From Squalus acanthias (lineage: Eukaryota): a stretch of 64,000 bases of DNA. Where the stretch lies: the NCBI GenBank assembly GCA_030390025.1, contig CM059449.1, forward strand, positions 35,588,001 through 35,652,000, given 5' to 3'. Under the pieces are notes generated by a model, which was not told where the DNA came from, searched no databases, and saw only the letters and a list, made by a program, of their open reading frames with translations. The stretch's first letter is position 1. Each line of letters opens with the position of its first letter. Positions 35,504 through 49,542 of the stretch are shown in pieces. Both the position numbers and the translations under genes were made by a program.

Positions 35504-38500
35504 TGCTGGGTGATAGAAAGTTTACAAGCTACACAATCTGAAAATTCAACACTCCTCCGTTTCAGTGGCGGTGTAAGCCTATCTGCTTTGAACAGATTGA
35601 GGCTCTGCTAAAATAGTGGAAAGAGGAATTTCAGACCAAGATACAAATACACTTGTTCATTGAGCCTTATTACTCGCTGTACCGCCATACATGTTCTGCC
35701 TAAAATTACTGTTGGCAATATTACTGAGACATGTTACTGTCCATTGCTGTAACACAGGTGATATCACACTTGTTTTAAGCAGGCTACACCATTAAAATAA
35801 CAGGCAAAGTAATGTTACACCAATATGGTAAGCGTTTCACCTCTAATATCACCAACATTAATTTAGGAACAGGAGGAGGCCATTCATCCCCTCGAGACTT
35901 TTACTGCCATTCAATTAGGTCATGGCTGATCTGTATTTTAACTCCATCCAATCATGGAATAATATAGCACAGAAGGAGGCCATTCGGCCCATTGTGCCTG
36001 TGTCGGCTCTTTGGTATAACGAGCCAATCAGTCCCATTCACCTGCTCTTTCTCCATAGCCCTGTATTTTTGTTTTCCCTTTAATTATTTGTCCAATTCCA
36101 TTTTCAAAGTTTCTGTTAAATCGGCTTCCACCTGATGTCCTGAGCTGGTGAAAGGCGCTGTAGAAAGGCAAGTCTTTCTTTCTCTCTTTCTTCCGCAGCA
36201 GCTGTAACAGGTGCCGAAAGCTGCCTCTGATGTTCACCCCGAACAGCTCCAGGCTGTGAGCAGCAGGCACTGATCAATTCCAACAGTCAGTGGGCTCGAT
36301 CTTGACTTTGTACGATAGTAAAACGGGCGATAGCCAGTCGGCAGCCCCTTTTACAGCTCTCCAGATTTTTACTGCCATTGAACTCAATAGAAGGGGGAAA
36401 CGGAGAGAAAGATGGAAAACTGGCGGCCGACTCGCTCTCGCCCTCGTTACACCATCGCACAGAGTCAACATGAGCCCGAATGGAACCGCACATGGTGGGA
36501 ATCCGCTACAAACTGCAAATGTTGCAAATATGCAGCAGGTCAGTGTGAAAGAGACAGAGAGGTTAACTCTGGGAGCTCAATCTTCACCCGAACCTGCACG
36601 GAACGCCTCAAAGCTTCATTCTAAAGCGAGTCGGAAAGTGTAAAAGAGGTTCCCGGGTCGCTGGAACCCGTTTCCCCCTGTGATAAAAGTGAACCCCTCC
36701 CTCTGTATTTTTAATGATTTGTCCGATTTATTGGGAGGTTTAAAAGGTTTTCCAAGTTCCCAGGAGGTAGAAAGAAGCTTTTAAAATGCAGCTTCCCGCC
36801 GGCTGGAGTTACACTGAAACAGGTGTGAACCCAAACCGACTGAGCCGCTTTCCTACAGGAGTCTCGCCGCTGGGAACTGGGTCACTCAGGGGGTCAAGTC
36901 GGGACTGGGCTCGCAGTTATACTGACACTTCCGTACCCGCAAGCCGCTTAGCGGGAACAAACTGTCCGTCCCCCTCCTGCTTATCAGAGCGAACATACAA
37001 GCTGTCACAGTAACTGAGCGGTAATGTCAGGCTGTCCGGACAGTAATGGACATCATCTAATCCAAGCAAAGGGATCAGCGAGCCTGAGAAGCAGATGGAG
37101 ATTCCAATCCCGCTTCATCGCTTCACTTCCGCACACACTGACTAGTTTCCCTGTGTGAAACACCTGATGTGACCGACAGGCCTGCCGGTTACAGTCTAAG
37201 ATCAGAGGGTGAGCCTGGAGACATTCAAGGATGCATCCGAACCGGCTACTCACCAGACAGGGCCGCTTGTAGGCGGAAGAAACTCAGTACAAGTGACAGA
37301 AACATGCCGTCCCTTCCGTCCGCCAACCTGCCGTCTCTCCCAGTGACAGAACAAGATTGAGCGATTTGAATGGAACCGAGCCCAGCTTCACTCACAAGTG
37401 GGCAGTCGGGAGCTCACCATCCAATCGCAGTAAAGATCCGTCACTGATTGTCCAGGGCTGTCCCTGAACGAACCGTGAGCAGCACCGAAACTGACTCACA
37501 GTCCAAGGCCTGCGCCATGTGGCCATGGACAATACACGGCGGGCGGTTAGAAATATGTTTAAAACAGCGCTCCGGGGGTTAAGTTGTATAATTGATAACA
37601 ATTAATATATTGTCTGAATCTAGCGGGAAACGCCCTCGTTGCCGCAGAGAGTCGAGTGATAAACTATTCAGCTTGTTGAACCTCAATACAGTGAACCACC
37701 GAAGTTCATATCACGGCAATTAAACCCTTCCTGACCCCGTGGGGCTATTTTAACCTAACCCGCCCGGCCGAACAACTGCCGGGATCGGGGGCAACACTGG
37801 TTTTACCCCGCGCCCAATTTTATTCTCCATTGAAATCAGTGGAGAGTAATATTGTGCGGGAGCGGGAAAGCAGCGTTCCACCCGCCCCGTGGGATCCCGC
37901 CCAGCCACTCAGGTTCAAATTGCCCCAAACTGCGGCTGTCATTGCAGCAGCGGCGTGTGGGCTAATATTTCATTTTTTTTTCATTCCGGCTTACTTTACA
38001 CTTGAACTGACATTACTTTGTGCTTCTGAGCTGTCAAACCAAACTGTAAAATATAAAGTCAAAGTACTGAGTAAAAATAAGGACCGAATGTCCTGACTTT
38101 CAAATGGGAACTGAATTATTCTAGGAAAAACACCCAATGCTCCACCCATCTCAATTATTACAATTCCTAAATTACCCTAAATCTTCTTATGTAACTATGA
38201 GTTATATAAAACCAAAGGTTTCTATCAGTAAGGAGAGAAGGCAGGAATTATAGATAGATGGAGATGAATGATGTCTGGGCGCCTTGGTCCAGTTTTCCCC
38301 AAGCCTCGAACCCACCTCACTGGAATAATACACTCGGTGCTAGATGTTTAATAGAAGGGAATTCAGGCGGGTTCTGCAAATGATGTGGGAGCCTCTCCAT
38401 CTGGTTTTACTCTGTGCTCCGCCAGGCGAGGCTTAATATCCAGGCGGTAAAGATGGGAATCTGCCCCATGGTCATCACCTTGTGAGCAATGTCAACAGCG

Positions 38501-39559
38501 ACATCAGAAGCACTGGTTTCTTGGTTGCATTTTCACGGTTTGGAAACAGAACTCTAACCTTGATGAGTGGTTAGTGAAACAAGTTGCAACAGTTTGTTGT
38601 GAATACGCACAATATTCATTCAAGGTGGGCAATTAAAAAATGTTGCTTTGTTGGTGTTTCCCGTCTCCAACAAAGAGTAGATGTGTCCCTCTGATCTGTG
38701 TTGACGTTGATATTTTATCCAAGGCTGCGACCTGGTGGGATGTGGGATTAGAATTAGCCTCCCTGTTATGGGCTGGCAGATTCCAGGTACACATTGCTGC
38801 TCGATATTGAGAGAACAGCCGCTGGAAGATCCTTGGGCACCTATGCTGGATCGGTCTGTGCTGCGCTGCACTGCCCCTCACAGTGGAATATCCTGCTTAC
38901 TCTCATTCTATGGGCTCGCACCTGAAAGGTGATCTCATCAGAGAAATGAGAGAGGTCGCAGGCACCCGCAGAACTCTGTCTCAGCATGAGGTACCAGCTG
39001 TACTAGAGGAGGGCGAGGTCACAGAATGAGAGGGAAATTCAGAGAGAAAGTGTAAAAACCAAACCAGGGAAAGACGTCTGATTACATTTCTCCCAGCAAC
39101 TGTTTAAGTCTTTTTAAACTAGACTGTCCCACTAACTTGTCTAACTTTCCCATGTTTCCACTTTCCCAAAGACTCTCATGCTCCCGTGGGTGAAATTGGC
39201 ATTTTATCCATTTACTAGTCTCTACATTTTACAATTAAATGCGAGCACTGGGTTTTGTGACACCTGCGGGCCCCTAGAATGATTCACGCCTGGAGGCTCT
39301 TCCTCTTGTAGTTTCACTTCCTCTGAAAGAATTAGCATTGCATTTGAAGAATTATTCAATTCAAGATTCTGTAGAACTTCCAAGTTCCCTGAGAGCACAA
39401 CAATCGTTTCATGATCACTTTAAACTGTAAACGTATTTCTTTATTTTTCTGTTATTGTATGTTCGTACAGAACCAGATTTGATATCAGAGAGAATCCAAT
39501 TACTCCTCCGATACCTACTGCTCTACCGTGACTCCACCAAGCTTCTGCATTGTTGTTTG

Positions 39560-41140
39560 AACCGATTACATGGAATTACACGTTAGAATCTTCATCACAG
39601 GAACAAGCCATTCGCCTAACTGGTCTATCTGTTTGTTTATACTCCACAGGGGTGTTATCCTAATCTAATTACTGCTTCACACTCTGCCCCTATATACCCC
39701 TATATTCCCTCCTCCCTCAGGTATGTATCAAGCCCATTCTTAAATATAGCAATGCTCTCTGCTTCAACCATTCCACGTGGCGGCGAGTTCCACATCTCAG
39801 CACGCTGTGTGTAAGGAAATGCCTCCGAAATTCTTTACTTAATCTGTAAGTGTCTACAAGAAACCAGCCCCAGCCCAGCCCAATCTTTCCTCATAGTTGT
39901 GTCCTCCCAACTCTGATAACATCTTGCAAATATTTTCTGTACGTTCCCCAGTGCTTCAATATCCTTTTTGTAGCATGGAGTCCAGAACTGCCCAAAATGC
40001 TCCAAATCTGATCTTTCCAAGACTCTGTATCAATGTAACATTACATAGAAAATAGTTGCAGGAGTAGATCATTCGGTCCTTCGAGCCTGCACCGCCATTT
40101 AATGCGTTCATGGCTGAACATGCTACCTCAGTACCCCATTCCTGCTTTCTCGCCATACCCCTTGATCCCCCTAGTTGTGAGTATTATATCTAACTCCCTT
40201 TTGAATATATTTAGCGAACTGGCCTCAACAACCTTCTGTGGTAGAGAATTCCACAGATTCACCACTCTCTGGGTGAAGAAGTTCCTCCTCATCTCAGTCT
40301 TAAATGGCTTCCCCTTTATCCTTAGACTGTGACCCCTGGTTTTAGTTTCCCTAACATTACCTCCCAGTGTTTTGTTATATTCTGCTCGAAATGAACCCCA
40401 GTACTTTGTTTGCAATTTTTATGGTCGTATCACCTTCCGTTGCTACTTCGAAGGATTTGTGCATCTGTGTTTACAGATCTGTTTGCTCTTCTACCACATT
40501 TACTTTCTTACCTTCCAAGGAATAATTACACTCCTTATTTCTCCTACCAAAAATAACCACCTCACTATTCGCCATATTGAATTTAATTTGTCATTTATCT
40601 GCCCACTCTGCCAGCCTGTTTGTGTCTTCTTGTATTTTAGTGCAGTCTCCACATTATTGGCTGTGCACCCCAATTAGTATCGTGTGCAAATTTCCACACC
40701 AGGAGGGAAAACCCCCCAGGAAATGTCTAATGGATGGCTGATCACCAAATTCAAAATCATCCCCCATACATCGACACTCTGAGTCCAAATCATTGATGTT
40801 TATGGTGGACCACAGTGGTCCCAGCACAGATCCCCGCGGGACAACACTTCCCACTTGCTGACAGTCTGGGAAACTTCCCTTATCACCCACACCCATGTTC
40901 TGTATTCTAACCATCTTTCAATTCAGTCTGATACCTGACCTCTGACTCCACAGGCTCTGACCCTTGCCATGAGCTTCTTATCGAGCACCTTATGGAAGGC
41001 CTTTTGAATGTCCATGTAGATCACACCTACTGCATTGCCCTTGTGTATTCTTTCCATTAATTCTTCAACTTATTCAATAAGGTTGGTTAAACGTGGCCTT
41101 CCTTTTACAAACCCATGCTGACAATTTTATATTATATTCT
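39560..41140 (-). mobile_element. Nested CR1 fragments (older RT fragment with a younger 3' end at about 40045-40345)
   Basis: VPRGSVLGPL..INDLD, QFWTPCYKKDIEAL and TRGHSLRIKGKPFKTEMRRNFFTQRVV. Confidence 0.8.
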
Positions 41141-41579
41141 CCAGGGGTAAATTGATCTCGGGCCCAGCGCAAAACAGGCGATGGTGAAGTGACTGGAAAA
41201 CATTTAATTTAAGTGACATAAAGTGGGATGTCCAAAAATGAGTAAATTATATATTGCAACCTATATACTTCTAGCGTTTAATAATCAAGTCAAATGTGTT
41301 TTATTATAATTCTTCTACTGAATTCAAATCTGGCGACTGGGAAACAGGCGTCTGACACGAACTCACCCCGTCCCTGCCGGGTTAGGTTAAAATTACCACC
41401 AGATGATGTAATTCATTATCTGGAAGCAATATATGTCAGAAGGACACAGAGAATTATGAACACAGATGTGTACACTAAGGCTTCGTCTGATATTCCATCC
41501 TGCTCATCAACTTCGTGATATTTAATTTGTTTCCACTATCTATAGCAACAGTGACACTAAATATTATGTCAGTGATTCT

Positions 41580-41997
41580 GTGGGGAGACTAGAGAAGCTG
41601 GGATTGTTCTCCTTCGAGCGGAGATGGTTAAGCTGTAATAGACATGATGAAAATCATGAAGGGATTGGACAGAGTAAATAAGGAGCAACTATTTCCACTG
41701 AAAGAAGGGTCATGTAATGAAAGGATTCAGATTTATGGTAGTTGGCAAAGGAACCACAGTTGAGATGAGGAGAGTTTATTTTACAAAGTGAGTTGCTGTA
41801 ATCTGGAATGCACTGCATGAAAGGGTGATGGAAGCAGATTCAATTATAACTTTCAAACGGGAAATGTATAAATATTTGAAGGGAAGAGAATTGCAGGTTT
41901 TGGGGAAAAAGCAGGGGAGTGCGACTAATTCAATAGCTCTTTCATAGAGCCGGCACAGGCTAGATTGGCCGAATGGCCTCCTCCTCCTATGCTGTAA
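41580..41997 (+). mobile_element. CR1 3' fragment
   Basis: Homologous to the 3' ends at 27285-27621 and 54330-54760. Confidence 0.8.
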
Positions 41998-42805
41998 AGT
42001 TCCATAATTGTTCAGGTTATGACTATCGCTGTGCTATAGATTCTGTACATTTTAGATAATCTCAGATTATATCTGATGGTGTCCCAGTGGGGTGTCACAG
42101 TGCTTACCTGACATAACTTTAATTTCAAGACTTACTACAAAACTTAGCCAATCCGTTCTTTATGTTCCGCCTAAATGAAGCTTTTTCCTGTTTGTGTATG
42201 AAGCAACATGTAATGGACATCTAATTCAACCCCTCAGTATCAGTCCTATAGATGCAGCAAAGAAGTATCATCAGGAACCCCTAATGGATTATTTCATTCA
42301 CATTCGATGGATGTGGGCCAGATGTTCCTGTCTCTCCACCTGGGAGCTGTTGAATTGTCTGTTGCAGTCAATACTAGAAAATCTCCGGTGGAGTAGAGCG
42401 CTTTCCCCAAACGGAGCTTTCTGATTGTCCATTCATTCCTTTATATGGAGGGAAGATTGGGCAGACCTCTGCATAGTGTGTTCGCTTCCCTGCCCAATGT
42501 TGAACTGAGATGTGATTTCTGATTCCTGTAGTTATTATAACTAATAATGTCTAGAGATGGAAAAAAAACTAAGAGTGTAGACACTGTAGATTAGATCTAG
42601 TCGGTTTTGGTTAGGCTTGAGACAGACACGAAGAATTATCAAGGCACAAGTATCATTCATTAAATGATTGTTAAATGTCTCTAAACTACAACTATTCATC
42701 AAATATGCAAAGAAACGGCTACTAAATCAGTAAACCAGTAATATATATAACTGCAAGCGTATTATAAGATGTTATGATTTGTTCTTCCTATGTGACCGAC
42801 TCAGT

Positions 42806-43106
42806 CAAGCCAGCATTTATTGTCCATTCGTTCTTGCCTTGACTGCATTAAGAGCAGCTATGTTGGGTGGGATAGCATCACTTGTAGGCCAGACCAGATA
42901 GAGAGTGTCAGGTCTCCTTCTCTGTAAGACATTAGTGAAACAGTGCGGTTTTTATGATAATCCGCCAGCTTCCGTGGTCATTTGTCTTGGTGGTAGCCCA
43001 CAAATTATCAGACTTACTGCTTTCAATTTTACAAATTCCCATATTGGAATTTGGACTCAAAACCTTTCCGATGCTCGTCCAGTACTACCTTCACTAGGCT
43101 ACTGTA
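42806..43106 (-). mobile_element. tRNA-derived SINE (same family as 62455-62785)
   Basis: The reverse complement shares the TTCACTAATGTC..AGAGAAGGA..TCTGGCCTACA core and the CAATAAATGC tail. Confidence 0.65.
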
Positions 43107-43280
43107 TTATCCCCCTCACTCGTTCTGGAACATTGCTAATGTATTTACAAAATACTGCTTTCATAGTTCTCTGGTACAGCTGAATGAATAGGCAACAGTA
43201 AATAATATAATTCAACTGGGATTGTGGGCTGTGCGTTTCACCAGGTGGATCCAGGGGGATTTTTTTACAAATCAACTTAC

Positions 43281-43540
43281 TTGAACTGAGGTTCATCTGT
43301 TGTAACGTTCTGGAAACTTGCCCTTTCTGACTCCGTGGAAACTGGCTAGAGTAATTGTGAGTTCCTCACAGTAACTGGTGTCACAGAAAGTCACCATCCA
43401 CTGATTCCTTGGAACCGTTATGCACATATTGCTGTCACAATAGTCTATCTCACAGCCATCCACAATCTCCATTTTACTATAGTCCGGAAGATGAGAACTC
43501 CCATGGTTCACTGTGTAGTGATGCATCAAAGAGTGAGAAT
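43281..43540 (-). pseudogene. Orphan MHC class I-like alpha1 exon with a 1-nt deletion
   Basis: TTCTAG|AT ... CAA|GTAAGT, 260 nt versus 261 nt in the paralog. Translation DSHSLMHHYTVNHG..DGCEIDY..ITVPRNQWM..LASFHG. Restoring one base near 43321 gives QVSRTLQQMNLSS, colinear with PVDRWLQQNNQTS. Confidence 0.88.
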
Positions 43541-43686
43541 CTAGAACACCATAATATATTGGTATAACATCAAGTGTTAGAAATCAGTTCACTGAGCAAT
43601 TTGTGCAAGAATCTGAACTTATATTCTGACATCAGAAATATTAAATTAGTGGAAATTAATACACGTTTCCTGAGAAGATAAAATGA

Positions 43687-43855
43687 NNNNNNNNNNNNNN
43701 NNNNNNNNNNNNNNNNNNNNNNNNNNNNNNNNNNNNNNNNNNNNNNNNNNNNNNNNNNNNNNNNNNNNNNNNNNNNNNNNNNNNNNNNNNNNNNNNNNNN
43801 NNNNNNNNNNNNNNNNNNNNNNNNNNNNNNNNNNNNNNNNNNNNNNNNNNNNNNN
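43687..43855. other. Assembly gap
   Basis: Run of N. Confidence 1.
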
Positions 43856-44541
43856 TTTGAAATTATGAAATCTGGCCACGGGTTCCCACAAATCACTCAA
43901 ACATCTTTGTGTGGTTTTTTTCCCAATCGCTGTTGTCTGAACGTTCTATTGTCCACAATAAGAGATTAAATTTTAAAACGTCAACGATTATATTTTACAA
44001 TACAATCATTAATTATATCCAGTAAATTGTCTTTTGCATCTTTTAATGCCTTCCTCAAACTGTCTAACTGAAGGCCTCATCCTCTTTCAGAAGCTTTGTC
44101 TTTGAGTTGGATGGTGACGGTTCAATCTGGGATTGTTAACTAGGCCTAATTTCCCAGCATACACCTGTAGCGATCAGTGAGCGGGGAATGTTTTTCTTTA
44201 CATTTTGCCAGGTTTTTCTCAATGATGTTTCCTGAACTAATATTGAAGAAACCTGGACGACCAGTGACAAATCTTTATTGTGGTAAAACATAGGCTACAT
44301 TTTCTCTACAAGAAAAGGCCATTGGGCCCATTGCAACTCATCCCTCCGGGGTTAGGACTGTCCCAGTAGATTGGAACTTCATTGGGAACACCATGCTTTC
44401 CTACTGAGGAATTCATCGTAGCTTTCATCATCCTTGAGGAAAGTTGCTCCTAATATTTGTTTTCAATTACCAAGCCATTAACCTAAATCTGTGTCTTCTG
44501 ACTTACTTTAAAATTTTATACTGCAGTCTTGAAAGTGGCCT

Positions 44542-44730
44542 TAACAGACTGATATGAAATCATCCTGTGGGACAGTGTGACCCCATAACACACTGATATG
44601 AAATCACCCTGTGGGGCAGTGTGACCCATAACACACTGATAAAATCCTGAGGGCGGTGTGACCCCATAACACACTGATATGAAATCAACCTGTGGGGCAG
44701 TATGACCCCTTAACAGACTGATATGAAATC
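44542..44730. repeat. Minisatellite, ~4.5 x 38-44 bp (TAACACACTGATATGAAATCACCCTGTGGGGCAGTGTGACCCCA)
   Basis: Direct tandem units. Confidence 0.92.
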
Positions 44731-46699
44731 TCCCATTCTTCGAGTTGTGTTTTGAACCTGGGTCCCCCGTGAGTGTTTCTAATCGTTCTCTTTCACACCA
44801 CCCCATTCCTCACACAAAAATACTCGATCACAAATATCGTATGGATTTCGGACAAGCAAGACGAAGGAATGGTCCTGCTGGAGCCCACCTACCGAAACAG
44901 TCCACTCTCCATTAACTGAAGATTTAGTACTGCTCCATATTGAAGGCAGTTTGGAGGAAACGCTCAGGGAAGCACGGACGCAGAATGTACGCTGAGTGGG
45001 GCCTTCAATGACCACCGCCAAAGTAGCCCAATATTCTCTGCACTTGTAAAGATTCGGCACTTGTACTGGACGTAGAATTGCTGTACCTGGTAAGGCTTCG
45101 GTGCAGATTATTGAATACCAATACTGTTAAGGAATAATGCTGGTACATGGAACTGTGCCCTTTAACATGTAGAGTAGAGGTTCTCCATTGCAGTTGACTG
45201 CATGGCGGGGTCTAGTCATGGTGTGGATTCACGGAATGAAGGCAAACGGGAAATGTGCCTTGTTCACAGCTCAAGTCCTGGGACATGGAATATTAGACAT
45301 TACATATTCGCTGCAGTTTGTTTGTTCATTGCTTGTTTTGCTGTTATGGAGCAAATTGCAAAGGTTTCAAGAATTTCCAGCTATCTTCTCGTGGTTGGAA
45401 CACTGAAAATGCGGAACTGTGAATTCGGTAACGGAAACAGCTTTGTTGAAGGGACGCGGGTGGCTGTCCAGTTCGGCAGAAACTAAAGCCACAAAGTTTC
45501 GTTTTCTGTCACTCAGAGACTAGCAGTGTTAGCAGAAAGTCCCTGCACATAAACCGCAAGCGACAACAAATATAGCACAGAGCACATTGCTTAAAGCATC
45601 CACAACATGTTACACAGTCGGATCACGGAATCGACCATTCCGAGCCCAGCTCCATTACATCCATTGTGTATACAGAGTGACTTTAAGTGCAAGTCGGAAA
45701 TGACAATGGTATTCTAAATGGTGAATTCACTGTCTTCCGCTTTCTTTCTGTACTTTCAGACTCTGTTTTGCTAAAATAGAATACTTGGAAACTCCAGCGG
45801 ATCCAGTAAATTGGAAGGCTACATTGGGAAACTATTGGATCCGCCATTCCTCTATCGGGGGAGCGCAAGAGGCCAGAATTGGAGGCGCGCAGATATGTAC
45901 ATAAAATAAAGGCAGTGTTTGGAAAAGTTTCTGGGACTCGATAACGGTGTTCAACAGATGTGATATTTTGATCGGTTTAAATGACCCCCTGGCTGATCTC
46001 AATGTTTGATTTCCGATTTTAAAGGAAATTTGGTATTATTAAAGTTTGTTGTTAACTTGGCCGCATTGTACCAATTACGGAAGGTGGATTTAATATTATT
46101 TAAAGGGGTACTTCATTCACTGGAAAGCTCAAAGGTCCACAGGTATATCTAACACCTTTCTCCCTCCTCCCGCCCCCGACTGTGTTTTAATCTTTAAACC
46201 TGCCGATCTGGGCACCGTGCGAGGCCAGGAAGTAAGGACGGGATTTCCTTGCTCAATACAAGTATGAAGAGTCCTTCCAGTCACATCATAAATGGCCAGT
46301 GCGACCCCCGTGCGGGAGAGGAACTTTACCAGCAAACCAAGACTCAGTGTCTGGGCTCCCCCATGAAACACAGACTGAAAGGTGTTCTATCCGATGTCAG
46401 TTGGTTCCTGTGCACTCCACAGTGAGTCACTGCCTCCGGTATAGGAGGGAAAAATAATTCATCCCCACCCCTAAAACAAAAGAAACATTCTCCAAACCGT
46501 ACATTTCAATTCGGTGATAGTGAGTAACAGACATGGAGATATAAAGCTGTTGGTTATTTGAAATCATTCTGGTTACTAATAAGAAAATAAATCCATGAAA
46601 TTGAAACATTATCTGAGAGTTAGCTTTCTTGAATTATGTAAAGGACGCTTTGGGCCCGTCACTAACTACAACATGGAACACTTATCTTCACGTGGTGCA

Positions 46700-47470
46700 T
46701 TACATCGAGTTTACAGCACAGAAACAGGCCATTCGGCCCATTCGGCCCATCTGGCCCCTGCCAGTGTTTATGCTCCACACCAGCCTCCCTCACTCTATTT
46801 GCTTCATCTCACCCTATCCACATATCCTTCTATTCCTTTCTCCCTCATGTACTTATCTAGCTTCACCTTAATACGTCTATACTATTCGCCTCTACCACTC
46901 CACGTGGTAGCGAGTTCCACATTCTCACCGCTCTCTCAGTAAAGACCTTTCTCCTGAATTCCTTGTTCGATGTATTAGTGATTATCTTGTATTTGTGGCG
47001 CCTAGTTTTGGATTCCCCACAAGTAGAATCATCTTCTATAAGTCTACTCTATCGAACCCGTTCATAATCTTAAAGACCTCTAGCAGCTCACCCCTCAGTC
47101 TTCCCTTTTCTGGAGTAAAGTGCCCCAGTCTATTCATTTTTTCCTGATAGTTATAACCTCTCAGTCTGGTGACATCCTTGTAAAAAATACTTTTTCCAAT
47201 GCATCTATATCCTTTGTTTTTATAATATGCAGACCAGAACTGTGCATAGTAATCTAAGCGTGATCTAAGCAAGGTTCAAAACAGGTTTAACATAACTTCT
47301 CTGCTTTTGAATTGTATTTATCAAGAAATTAACCCCAGTGCTTTGTTAGGATTGTATGGCCTTATTAACCAGTGTTGCTGTATTTAATGATCTGTGAATG
47401 TTTACACCTAGATCCATTTGCTATTCTACCCCATTTAGTCTCTTATTTTCCAAAGAGTATGTGGACTCCT
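46700..47470 (-). mobile_element. CR1 3' fragment
   Basis: RSRLDYYAQFWS..RLRGELLEVFKIMNGFDRVD. Confidence 0.8.
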
Positions 47471-48776
47471 TACATACGAACATAACAAATAGCAGCAGGA
47501 GTAGGCCATTTGGCCCTTTGAGCCTGCTCCACCATTCAATAAGATCATGGCTGAACTTTTACCTCATCCCCACTTTCCTGCACTATCCCCGTATCCCTTG
47601 ATTCCCTTAATATTCAAAAATAAATCGATCTCTGTCTTGAATATACTCAACGACAGATCCTCAACAGCCCTCTGGAGTAGAGAATTCCAAAGATTCACCA
47701 CCCTCTGAGTGAAGAAATATCTCCTCAACTCAATCCTAAATGGCCAAACCCTTATTCTGAGACTGTGACACCTTGGTCTAGACTCTCCAGCCAGGGGAAA
47801 CATCTACCCTGGCAAACCCTGTAAGAATGTTGTATGTTTCAATGAGATCACCTCTCATTCTTCTAAACTCCAGAGAATATAGACCTAGTCTACTCAATCT
47901 CTCCTCATAGGATAATCCCCCCATCCCAGGAACAAATCTGGTGAACCTTCGTTGTACTCCCTCTATGGCAAGTATATCCTTCCTTAGCTAAGGAGTCCAA
48001 AACTGTACACAATACTCCAGGTGTGGTCTCACCAGGGCCCTATATAACTGCAGTAAGACATCTTTATTCTTATAAACAAATCCTTTTGTAATAAAGGCCA
48101 ACGTACCATTTGCTTTCCTAATTTTTTGCTGTACCTACATGCTAACTTTCAGTGATTCGTGTACAAGGACACCCAGGTCCCTCTGAACCCCACCATTTTG
48201 TAATCTCTCAACATTTAAAAAATACTCTGCTTTTCTATTTTTCCTACCGAAGTGGATAACTTCACATTTCTCCACAGTATATTCCATTTGTCGTGTTCTT
48301 GCCCACACACTTAGACTGTCTATATTCCCTTGAAACTTCCTTGCATCCTCCCCACAACTTACATTCCCACCCAGCTTTGCATCACCAGCAAACTTGGATA
48401 TATTACATATAGTCCCCTCATCCAAATCATTGATGTAGATTGTGAATGCTGAGGCCCGAGCACTGATCCTTGCGGTAACCCACTAGTTACAGCGTGCCAA
48501 CCCGAAAATGATCCGTTTTTTCCTACTCTCTGTTTTCTGTCCGTTAACCAATCCTCAATCCATGCTAATATATTACCCCCATTCCCATGAGCCTTAATTT
48601 TGTTTAACACCCTCTTGTGTGGCACCATAGCGAAAGTCTTCTGAAAATCCAAATACACCCCATCCACTGTTTCCATCTTATCTATTCAGCTATTTACAGC
48701 GTCAAAAAACTCTAACAGATTTGTCAAACACGATTTCCCTTTCATAAATCCGTGTTGATTCTGCCCAATCCCATTA

Positions 48777-49542
48777 TTGGCCCAAAACTTCGGCTGAATA
48801 CGGGAGAGTACGAACTGTGTACTCTCGCGTATTCGGTCCCGAAGTGCCGGCTTCCTGCATGCACTGCGCATGGGCGGGAAACCGGCACTTCCGGTATTGC
48901 TAAGGGGGCGGTTCCTAAGTGAACCGCGTGCGCACTACAGGCTGTGCGCACGCAGCACACTTAGGTTTTTTTTCAGGTTTCAACGCGAGGGTAAGTATTG
49001 AAGATTTTACACATAAAAAAGGAGGCGTAAGACCCCCTTTTAACAAGGTAAGTAGTTAATTAAGTATTATTTTAAATTTTTTTCAACAGGTTTATCTTTT
49101 TTAGAGACTTTAAAGAAAGGTAAGTTTATTTTTATAACTTTTAAAAAGAATTAAAAAAATTTCAAAAATTTAAATTTTTGTTTAAAGTGGTTAATTTATT
49201 TAACTATAGTTATTTTATTAATGTGATGGTTTTTTTTAAATTTATTTGAGGTTTAGCTGTTCTTTTGGGGGCAATTTGTATTCATTGTTTTGACAGTTCT
49301 CCTGTCAAAACTATGAATGAAAGATGGTGTGCTGCCATTGGCTCTCCATGGCCCACGTGATCCCAGAGGTCGCATCGAACTAACTGCGCCTCTGGGACAT
49401 GCACACACTGCGCGTCGGCACCAGGGAGAGGCCCAGGACCAGACGTTCGTGTGGGCCCGAAACATAAAGGCAGGCACGGTAGGTAAGATCGCGCGCGATC
49501 CTTACCCCCGCGGCAAGCCTCCGAGTCAAATTTCTGGGCCAA
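48777..49542 (+). mobile_element. Intact ~766 bp MITE with TA target-site duplication
   Basis: TA-TTGGCCCAAAACTT...AATTTCTGGGCCAA-TA. Removing it restores the CR1 reading frame LENNGIGQNQHGF. Confidence 0.9.

Noticed and set aside
42108-42550. Segment bounded by strong minus-strand acceptor and donor, as alpha2 of the orphan class I copy
   Set aside because: Wrong length, an early stop in the phase-1 frame, and no alpha2 motifs (GCE, YDG, C164).
44542-44730. RAG recombination signal sequences
   Set aside because: CACACTG/CAGTGTG is not the CACAGTG heptamer, and there is no spaced nonamer or V/J segment nearby.
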